From: Balanoglossus misakiensis
Taxonomy: Eukaryota; Animalia; Hemichordata
Direction of reading: 5' to 3'
Length of the DNA stretch: 64,000 nucleotides
Assembly: GCA_040954595.2 (NCBI GenBank)
Contig: CM082597.2
Location: 9,207,778-9,271,777, forward strand
A program made the position numbers and the translations under genes. The notes below the pieces were generated by a model. That model saw only the letters and a program-made list of their open reading frames with translations, did no database searches and was not told the origin of the DNA. Positions 49,671 to 59,339 of the stretch are shown one piece after another (position 1 is the first letter of the stretch; every line of letters starts with the position of its first letter).

Positions 49671-51659
49671 TTAGTATAAGTCAGCTGGTATATCCGGAAA
49701 ACACGACCAGGCTAACCACAAAATGAATGCCATGGCCAAATCGTCCCGTTTATTTAAAGCCTTTCCATTAAAGGACATTTTCCCGTCCACTTTAATACTC
49801 CGTTTAAAATCGCGCAACTGCGACAGAAGAATTTCCATCATCGCATTTTGATCGTCTTGTGTCGGGGGCCTTGACATTCCTGAGGAATTCGTGAGACACT
49901 TGCGTACACTAATTAAATCATTTGCGAATGATACTAACCCGTTTGTTACCATTAACTGAGCTAGGTGAACTAGATTTGCTTTATTGCGCGTCCAAATGCC
50001 AGTTTTCATCTTTCCGTCCCTTCCGGTTTCTGTTTCGAAGTGTGTCAATATACCTCGTTGGTCGAAATAATCCCCTACCTCCCGAGACATTGCAGCAGAA
50101 TGGGCGTGTGACGTGTTTCGTTCTATATAGATTCGAACAGGATACTCCGATAACTTTGGGTATTGCTTGAATGCATATTCCACGGACTGGATGCACAAAA
50201 TGGTATGCTTGTGTAATAGATTTTCAATGTCACGCTGCGATTTAGCTGCCACGTGATCTAGAGCAACGATCTACAAGCGAAACAGACAAGGAAAAGTGGT
50301 TAAATCATGTAACACCTCTATACGAAACAATTAAGTTATTTTTGTATAAGAGTGAGCCTCATATGTCAAACAAAACATTTAGTGTAGGATGTTATTACTC
50401 AAAACGTTCCATCTCCAACAGCACGATGTCGACCATTTAAAAAGCAGGCGAAACGCCTTCTTCGATTGGAAATACAGTATGGATAGACAGTTTTTCTCAG
50501 AATTTATTAATGGGATCATTCAAAGAGAAGGTCATCTGTCCAGCAGTTTACTTATACGGTTTCTTGGTCGAGAGCATGGATGTCTCTACAAGGGCGTTCA
50601 CGTCCACACGATAGTTGACTTCAAGATGGAAAAAACCATCGCCTGTGAGACGTGGCGTATTTTGTCGTGTCTGGAAGATTCTGTGTCTGCCGAACAAGAT
50701 GGGTGTTTGTGCGCGTTCGAAGCAGTTTTACACAGGGCAATTGAAATGTTTTCTATAACGGTCAATGACCAGACAAACGCGTTATACAGGCGTGAAACCG
50801 CCAGGGAACTTCAGTGGATAATTGATCACATTGAAAAGACGATCATACATTTGCTTTCTCTGCATCAATTGTCAACGGACGAATCACCGCTATTAACAGC
50901 GGCATTACACATAGCTGGTATTGTAACGTGTGCAATCAGACCTCCTACCGCCATTCAATTAGAGATCCCACGTGACCGTCTCGTGATACCCAAAGTAGTG
51001 TGTAATTTGTTCAACTTAAGATCAACTGAGACACAGATTCCTTTACTCTGAGAAACAAGCATGGTATATATTGGAACAAATTAACGCAATCTACTTACAA
51101 TACGTTCATTTTACCACATTTAATTCCGGCAACTAGTCCTATGCCTGACACATTTGATGGTGTGGGATCGATTACTAGTCTGAGTCCAGATGTTAAGAGG
51201 TGCTCGCTGACGTCAACTCGTTTTTCGACCAATTTATCTAGCGTTATGTCGGCAAACAGTTTCTCGCTAGATGTATCAATAAAATCTGCCACACCGAGGC
51301 ACTCGCGTTCATAGGTTCCTTTTGCCAAGATGTCCATTAATATTCTGACTGGATTTCCTTCGCTAGAATCAATGTGCCTTGGAACCAGGTGGAGTTTATG
51401 GATACATACACCATGTACACCTTTCGATACACATTCTGAACACATGTACGTTTGAACGATCGACTTGACAAGGGGTTCCCCCCCCCCATGATATGTCCAA
51501 CAATTTATAGGACCAGTGTTCTCTGTTTGCCATAGATGAAGTAAATAAAACCGACACTGTTTTAGGCTGAAAAATGGGCGCAGAAGTGACCAATGAATTA
51601 CGTTTTACCCACGGAAACTCGTCCACCCAACCAAAACTACAACCGGCTCCTCTGGCAGC
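49671..51659 (-). CDS. Herpesvirus-type DNA-packaging terminase large subunit (UL15/UL89-like), last two exons 51659-~51104 and 50270-49671; one frameshift in a homopolymer; Walker A exon not found
   Basis: AARGAGCSFGWVDE (Walker B; cf. herpes GIRGQDFNLLFVDE), VLFTSS (cf. IIFVSS), TYMCSEC...CIH, LVIDPTPSNVSGIGLV (cf. YVDPAFT..SGTG), IVALDH, IYIERN (cf. VEGN), FNGK...RDDLAMA (cf. SGK..SDDL.VA). Acceptors tttcag|GCT and cttgtag|ATC. Confidence 0.88.
50389..51051 (+). CDS. 220-aa orphan protein nested antisense in the terminase intron
   Basis: Intact ATG-TGA ORF filling most of the 50271-~51103 intron; TATAAG at 50345-50350. Confidence 0.75.
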   Translation: MLLLKTFHLQQHDVDHLKSRRNAFFDWKYSMDRQFFSEFINGIIQREGHLSSSLLIRFLGREHGCLYKGVHVHTIVDFKMEKTIACETWRILSCLEDSVSAEQDGCLCAFEAVLHRAIEMFSITVNDQTNALYRRETARELQWIIDHIEKTIIHLLSLHQLSTDESPLLTAALHIAGIVTCAIRPPTAIQLEIPRDRLVIPKVVCNLFNLRSTETQIPLL

Positions 51660-51685
51660 CTGAAATATATAATTATGAATATATA

Positions 51686-53960
51686 CAGTGAAACCTGACC
51701 TTACGGACACCTGACAAAACCGGACACCTCCGATTTACGGACACTTTGTTAATTCCCAAATTTGTCTCATTGTAACCAATGGGTCTGCGTCCTGATCAAT
51801 CCGGACATCTCTAAAATGCGGACAACGGACAGCTGTTCGATACAAAATGCGTAGTTTCTATTGAAATCAACCCAACAATTACGGACAGCTGCGTGATTGT
51901 CAGACATGACACTTCGACTTATCACTCACTTCACACATCAGTGGATCAAAGTTTTCAGCTTATCACAACAACTTAGACGTGTTGACTAACCTCAAATAAA
52001 AAACACATTAGACGATCAACACGTTCCTTTTGTTAAAGCTACTGAAAGAGGCGGCGATTTGTGATAAACAAATTTCCCAGAGCCGCCTATTTTACAGCAT
52101 GACAGAATGGTTTCCGCCATTATCTTTATGGTAAAGACCAGGCTTTGGATTTGCTGCAGTTCCGTAGCCAACATCTTTCCTCGGCGGAGTTTGGTGTGGG
52201 GTTGGAAGCTTCAATGAAATTGACTATTATTCACTCAACCGCTCGGCGCTTGTTTACCTGGTGTCGCGACGTCGTGCGAGGCTGAGCTTGAGTGATTTGC
52301 GCGTCATTCTGTCCTGACCTGTTTTTAGGTTGATGTTGTTCGGTGCATTTATTTCTTACTTTTTGTAGAGTTCATGCAGATGTAAGGCATCAGAATTGAC
52401 AAAATCAGTAGCTTTCATCAGGTGGACGTTGATTTCCCCGCAGCGCAGGTCAGAACTAAAATCGGCCATCATTATCATAATTTATGCAACCTTAAATGCA
52501 GGGAGTTTGTTTCTTCTGCGTTATGGTCGAGCCATTCTGAGCGGGATGAAGCCAACAAAGTGAAAGGATACAATTCTTTTTATTTTCTCATGTCAATCAC
52601 AATAAAATGAAATAACCAATTTGTCTGTGCATGCCGACAAAATTACCAGCAGTAATTTCATTGGTTGTATGATTTCAGAATCTGTCAATCGTGCTGCTAA
52701 GTTATTCACGCACCCATCGACTTCTGGTGAACAAAACATGTCGGTTTTTCTTTTGATATGGGAGAAATAAGCTATAAAAGGAGGGAAAATTTACGTTGGC
52801 AACATAACATCTTCTGACCACAGAGCGAACAACATGTCTTCTGTCAAACGCACGCGCATCGAACTTACTATCGATCGTAAAGTTGAAGTTATTCGGGCTG
52901 CAGATTCCAGAAAGTTGAGCTGTCGGCAACTTGCAGTTGAGTTTAGCATCGGCAAAACTCAAGCCAGCACTATTCTGCAGAATAGAGACTCTATTTTGCG
53001 AGAGTACGAGTCCAATTGTGAAGGCAGTCGAAAGAGAATCTGTGTTCGCACTGAGTACGAAGAATTGAATGCACTGGTATGGGAATGGTTCCAGAAGAAG
53101 TGAAGTCAGTCAATTCCGCTGTCCGGGCCGATGATCCAAGAACGGGCGCGTCTCTATGCAGAGCAGCTCAACAAACCCGAGTTTAAGGCGTCGAACGGAT
53201 GGCTCGAGAGCTTCAGCAAACGAAACAATCTTACGTTTCACAAAGTTAGCGGGGAAAGTGCCGATGTTCCCCAAGAGACTGTCGATTCGTGGGCGGCACG
53301 ACTACCTCATCTGATCGAAGGTTATTCTCCACGCGATATCTTCAACATGGACGAGACCGGCGTTTTTTACCGCGCACTCCCTGATAAGACGTTTTCAGCC
53401 AAGGGTGAAGACTGCATGGGCGGGAAGAAGTCGAAGGATCGAATCACCGCTGTCCTCTGCACGAACATGGACGGGAGCGAAAAACTCAAGCCCATCGTTA
53501 TCGGAAAGGCAGCTAAACCAAGGTGCTTCAGCAATGTCAATCTCAACGCACTTCCAGTTCTATGGCGAAACAACAAGAAGGCGTGGATGACAACGGAACT
53601 TTTCATAGACTGGCTTCGAGATGTCGACAAGAAGATGCGGCAACAGAAACGGAAAATTCTGATGTTCGTCGACAACGCCCCAACCCATCCTCAGCGTGCT
53701 GTCTGTCTTACCAACACGAAGTTGATTTTTTTCCCTCCGAATACGACGTCGAAACTGCAGCCACTCGACCAGGGGATTATCGCGGCCATGAAGAAAACAT
53801 ACCGCAAGCGACTTCTCCGCGCCGTTTTGTCGAAAGCCGACGATGACACCTTAGTTAGAATGAAATCGCAAGAACTGTCAACGTTCTCGATGCCTGCCAC
53901 TGGATCGCTCGGTCGTGGAGTGATGTCACCAGCGAGACCATTTCGTACGGTGGACGATAC
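51686..53960 (+). mobile_element. pogo/Tigger DNA transposon, right end missing
   Basis: TA followed by TIR CAGTGAAACCTGACC..CGGACAC with repeated cggacac motifs; inserted 26 bp from the terminase splice acceptor; transposase downstream. Confidence 0.88.
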
Positions 53961-53982
53961 CGACACTCCTCTGCTATGCTAA
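52834..53982 (+). pseudogene. Tigger/CENP-B-like transposase (HTH psq, CENP-B HTH, DDE_1)
   Basis: LTIDRKVEVI..LAVEFSIGKTQASTI, FKASNGWL, FNMDETG, NKKAWMT, VDNAPTH, QPLDQGII; in-frame TGA at 53101-53103 and a frameshift near 53850. Confidence 0.92.
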
Positions 53983-54135
53983 GTCCTCCTCTGCTATGCT
54001 AATTCCTGCGATGCTATGCTAAGTCCTGCGATGCTAACTGAATCTGATCTGCTGTCGACCTCCTCTGCTATGCTATGTCGATCTGCGATGCTATGCTAAT
54101 TCCTGCGATGCTATGCTAAGTCCTGCGATGCTAAC
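53968..54135. repeat. ~20-bp minisatellite (ctatgctaagtcctgcgatg)
   Basis: Direct reiteration at the point where the transposase is truncated. Confidence 0.85.
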
Positions 54136-54355
54136 TTAACCGGAAGTACTGGAGTACATTTTACGAACAAACATACGCTCGCCTCACGGACTTGGTGAAG
54201 TTGTTTATATTTTCTGACACTGATTTGGACGGCCGGAGAACTGAGAAAGCGGTAAGTGATAATAAAAATAACATCTGCATATCTTATCCATAACATTTGT
54301 TTCGAAGATGTAATATGAGGATTTTTTCCCCTGCACAATACAGAAAGATGTCCTC

Positions 54356-55350
54356 CAGAGAATTTGTAAATCAGGTGAGTAAAATTGGTGCATTGCTAAT
54401 GTAAAACATTTTATGTAGTTTTGTGGAGTGTAAGGTAATTTTCTCAGTGTACGGTATGTGCCTTATGCATCGGTTGGATCTTGGAAATCATAGAAACTGC
54501 CCTACTCTCAAGTGCAGTTGTTTTTAAAAGCAAAATCTAAGTTTACACTGATATTACAAAACTGCATACTGTGCACAGACAGCATTCTTGGGGTAGCAGA
54601 ACAAGAATATAAGTTAATACACATTTCAGTTTATCCATAAATTATATTGAACATTTGCATTACTGTCCATTCCTTAATCCTGTTGAAACAGACAAAAGCA
54701 GTATTATTTACTGGCTAGCCGATGAGAAATTAATTGAGATGAGAAGTACATTGTTATTTTGCAAACTTTTGAATAAAACCGGTCTGTTCAAATTTTACTG
54801 AACAGGTAAATGATCTCATTTGTGAGAAGTTTGAGGTAAAATACCACATAATGGTCTTGCTGAAAGTTCGAACTGTAACATCAAGAGGGCAATCAGCAAA
54901 CTAGTAAATGAAAATCAGGATGATTAGGATGAACTCCTGGAGCCAGTCATGTTTGCGGTAAGGACCTCCCAACAGAGACCACGAAGTACACGCCATTCCA
55001 GCTCCTGTTTAACAGAACAGCACGTCTACCTCCTGAGGTGAGTTTGTGTAAGATATTAACATTCTTAAATTGTTATGCTAATTCATAAAATAGAGTCACT
55101 CCAGGGCATGACATAGATAGAAAGGCCCATATATTGTTGAACAAAATGATTTGTGAATGAAATGTAGGAAGCAATAGATGCACAGCCCTTCAGGGAGACT
55201 CATGTTGTTACCATTAGTGTGCTTATGTTTAGGGTTATGGTCCTATTAAAGGTATACGGTCACCTATGGAAATTTAGCTACAGTGACCATGGTAAACTTG
55301 AGATCTAGCCAATCACAGAATTTCAGTGGGTGGCACACGTGAAAAAAAGA
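54356..55350 (+). repeat. Direct duplicate of ~57732-58465
   Basis: cagagaatttgtaaatcaggtgag... is colinear in both; the second copy lacks ~54812-55075. Confidence 0.9.
54806..55037 (+). pseudogene. Exon of a spliced Gypsy-integrase-like gene (Ginger/GIN type)
   Basis: aacag|VNDLICEKFEVKYH..NGLAESSNCNIKRAISKLVNENQDD*DELLEPVMFAVRTSQQ..TKYTPFQLLFNRTARLPPE|gtgag; contains a stop and indels. Confidence 0.8.
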
Positions 55351-55949
55351 GCGCCACCATACATTATTTAAAACTAGGCTATGGGCCCAACCAGCAAAAA
55401 GGCTCTAGAAATGTCATTTTGTTGTTTAGGAGTATTGTCCTACATGAAATTAGCTGGAAATGATGGGTGGTAAACTGTTGATGTAAAATCAGGTCACTTC
55501 TACTGAAAAGTGTGTCCACAACTCAGATTTTTGACCAAAAATGGTGAATTTTTGCATTTTCACTGAAAATGAAGATATTTATACTGATTCATTCAAAATC
55601 TTAAATATGTATGCCAAAAACAAAGTATAATTTAGACAATTTGAGATTTTTTTTTTTATTGCATTTTTTTAGCATTTTGCCCTAAAAATGAGGATATGTT
55701 GCAGATGCAATTTTCAGAACCTGAAAATTTCTCCAATAATATCACACTAAAAGTACTATATAATGTATACAAGTCTATATACATGTACTAGGAAATATTT
55801 GAGGATTTTTACTAAAATTAGCATTTTGAATGATTTTAAGCACTTTTATTTAAAAAATAGCGTCAAGGACACTGTGGTCCCATTTGGGATTACAAAGAAA
55901 TAGGTATACACCAGAATTAAAATCACAGGTGACTTTGGCAAGCAGATAT

Positions 55950-57190
55950 GATGTATTTGTATTTGTAGATTCCGAAAAAGCCTTCAATAGTGTCGACTGG
56001 AATTTTATTGTTAAAGTACATGAGAAATTCAAGATTGGTACTAGTTTTATTCATTGGGTTAAAGTGTTGTATAACAATATTTCAAGTTGTATCTCTTACA
56101 AAGGGTGGTCATAAACGTTTTTTACATTACACAGAGGCGTTAGGCAAGGATGTCCACTCTCTGCATACGACTAATATCAGGCAAATGTAACACATGGGCA
56201 GCTATACCCTGATACTACATGCATATTGATGAAAAATCTCTTTCAACAAAACAACTTTTGGGATTCATAGCCAAGAGTCTTATAATTTGTAGTTCCTGAG
56301 TTTTATACAGAGATCTTGAATGCTTGGTACAAAGTGTGTTGTAAAGTCGAAAGACAAAGGAATATGAAAGTACAATGGTGTGACAAATTTAATTTCTTTT
56401 TTAAATCAATGAGCAATTATAATTATGGTATTTGGAATGAAGATAATTTCATTCCCTTAGAAAATGTCACGTGCAAGATTTTTCATCAGAGCATGTCACC
56501 AAACTACACAGATTCCAACAAACTCATTAAGTGGTTTTCATCATTGAATGTGAATGATCACACACAGGATTATAAAGATTTTATTTGGAAGCATATTTAT
56601 ATGGTAACAGAAGAAACCAAACTAAGAGAATTTCAATGTAAGTTACTACATAGTCTGTTGCCATGTAGAATATATTTATTTTACTGGAAAAAAGAAAGTT
56701 CTTCAGACTGTGAGCTTTGTAAAGTCCCCGATTCTCTTGAACATAGGTATTTGCATTGTTCTTTGGCATAGGATCTTTGGAAGGGAATCAACAATACAGT
56801 TCAACAAAGCAGTATCAACAAAACGTTCAAACTACAGAATGGTGATATAATTTTCACTTGTCATATAAACAATAGCTTCTCAAGAATGGAAGAAAACATT
56901 GTAAATCTGTTAATTTTAATTGGTAAGTGGTGTGTCCACAAATACTGGTTGCTTTACAAGAATATTCCTTTAATTATCATGTTAAAGTGTGAGTTTAGAC
57001 TGAGGTATAAAGTAGATAAAAAATCCACAATAACAGCGACAGATTACATTTTTTGAGAGACTTCTTTCACACATGTAAAATTTTGAACTAGTTTTTTTTT
57101 ATCCTATTGATTTGTACATGGTATCCTTTTGATGTACACTTTTGTAGATATGAAACCTTTTGCAATCATATTTTAATAAAAGAAAATAAA
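55950..57190 (+). mobile_element. Degenerate L1/Tx1-type LINE fragment
   Basis: FVDSEKAFNSVDW, RGVRQGCPLS, zf-RVT CELCKVPDSLEHRYLHC, AATAAA/A-rich tail at ~57175. Confidence 0.8.
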
Positions 57191-57696
57191 AGAATTTGTT
57201 CTTACGTTTTTTTTGTAAACAAATGACCTTTTATGACCTCAAAAAGTGGCCAAAATTGCATTTTTGTATTGATTGAGGTCAAAAAGACTGCTTTATTTTT
57301 TAAAGTCACCACTTTTAACATAGAATTGACTTTCCATATATCACCAGATAAATCATTATGAAGAAAACCGTGTGTTTTAATTTTATCTAAAAATGACATT
57401 TTTAGAGCAAAAAATGGTCAAAAAGGCAATTTTGTGTTGTTTTGGGTCAATCGGACTACTTTTTTCATAATATACACCAAATTTTACATAGAATAAGCAT
57501 ATCATATGTCATCAGATCTCGGAATGTGACAAAAACAGTGTGTTTTAGTGTTGAACTTAAGTGGAGGATGAATGCTTATTTATTTGGTAAAGAGTGGATT
57601 TTGTATATATGGCAATACTGCCACCTGTCATTATTTCTATTGACTTAAAAATGATACAGTTTTTGTAGTAATTGTCTTATTCTGGCATTGTTGCAG

Positions 57697-57751
57697 GTTT
57701 GGTATTCCCCTGAATATTTTGACTGCTCAGGGCAGAGAATTTGTAAATCAG
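57697..57751 (+). pseudogene. 55-bp exon of the spliced Ginger/GIN-like integrase
   Basis: ttgcag|G FGIPLNILTAQGREFVNQ|gtgag; matches the integrase core FG.P..I.SDQGREF with the Asp changed to Ala. Confidence 0.75.
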
Positions 57752-59339
57752 GTGAGTAAAATTGGTGCATTGCTAACGTAAAACATTTTATGTAGTTTTG
57801 TGGAGAGCAATGTAATTTTCTCAGTGTATGGTATGTGCTTCATGCATCGGTTGGATCTTGGAAATCATAGAGACTGTCCTACTCTAAAGTGCAGTTGTTT
57901 TTAAAAGCAAAATCTAAGTTTACACTAATATTACAAAACTGCATCCTGTGCACAGACAGCATTCTTGAGGTAGCAGAACAAGAACATAAGTTAATACACA
58001 TTTCAGTTTATTCATAAATTATATTGAACATTTGAACTACTGTCCATTCCTTAAACCTGTTGAAACAGCCAAAAGCAGTATTATTTACTGGCTAGCCGAT
58101 GAGAAATTAATTGAGTTGAGAAGTACATTGTTATTTTGCAAACTTTTGAATAAAACTGGCCTGTTCAAATTTTAGTGAACAGGTAAATGCTAATTCATAA
58201 AATAGAGTCACTCCAGGGCATGACATAGATAGAAAGGCCCATATATTGTTGAACAAAATGATTTGTGAATGAAATGTAGGAAGCAATAGATGCACAGCCC
58301 TTCAGGGAGACTCATGTTGTTACCATTAGTGTGCTTATGTTAAGGGTTATGGTCCCATTAAAGGTATACAGTCACCTATGCAAATTTAGCTACAGTTACC
58401 ATGGTAAACGTGAGATCTAGCCAATCACAGATTTTCAGTGGGTGGCACACGCGAAAAAAAGCGCCATTGTGAGGATTTCGTGAAATGAATCAGGTTGTAT
58501 CGTCATGACTGTGGTTGTTGCAGCATCACATGAGTCCAAGATGAGAGTGATGCAACGAACAAAATATTGAGTGGCGATAAAGTCATTGGCCTTCAGTCTC
58601 TCAAACTGATATTCAGACATTTTTTATTGGTTCTTAGTTGTATCACAACGATTGTGTGTTTGATACATTTTAATGAAAAATTAAGTTCCACCTACTGTTA
58701 ATCAGTTGACTTCTCCCTCAGTATCAATCATTTTCAACGAGACGACAGTATCAGTATAGTCCATGTGTACTGATAACAACACTTCTTATACATGGACATC
58801 TGAAGGGCAGGTTCAGGATCTTTTCGAAATAATGATAATTTGCCATAAGTGCACTAACAAATATTTGTTTGTTTTTTAACTTTTTACAGAGGATCAAGAC
58901 AAATTCAAAGCTGTTCTCCGACAGAAGAAAGTTAAGCAACATTGTCAATGCAGGCACAGTACCAACAATCACTGTTTCAAGAAAACAATGCAGGCACAGT
59001 ACCAACAATGACTGTTTCAAGAAAACAATTAATTTCAAGTTTTGTCTACTACAGAATTCATCAATATGCAAGTTCTAACATTGCATTTAAGATGAGTGAA
59101 TTCGTACTGAACTTCATTGTAATAATCTAATGCATATAATAATAGCTGGCCAATAGAACAAATAAATAAGCATATTGATACAGGTTCAATGGATGGTGTA
59201 TTAGAAAATCTGTAAGCAAGTCCAGTTTTGTGTGTATAACCTTATTATTGTACACCATCTTTTTTAAATGTTAATGTTATGTTAATGTTATGTCATTCCG
59301 AGGAGAGGGATATTTAAGAGTTGCAAATATATTTTCGCA

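Noticed and set aside
49671-51710. Prophage or bacterial contaminant terminase
   Set aside because: The gene is split by GT-AG introns, has polyA/TATA signals and is interleaved with eukaryotic TEs; the motifs resemble herpes UL15 more than typical phage TerL.
51686-53982. Teratorn-like stable virus-transposase fusion
   Set aside because: The transposase is pogo/Tigger with its own TIR at a TA inside the terminase intron and is disabled; this looks like a secondary insertion.
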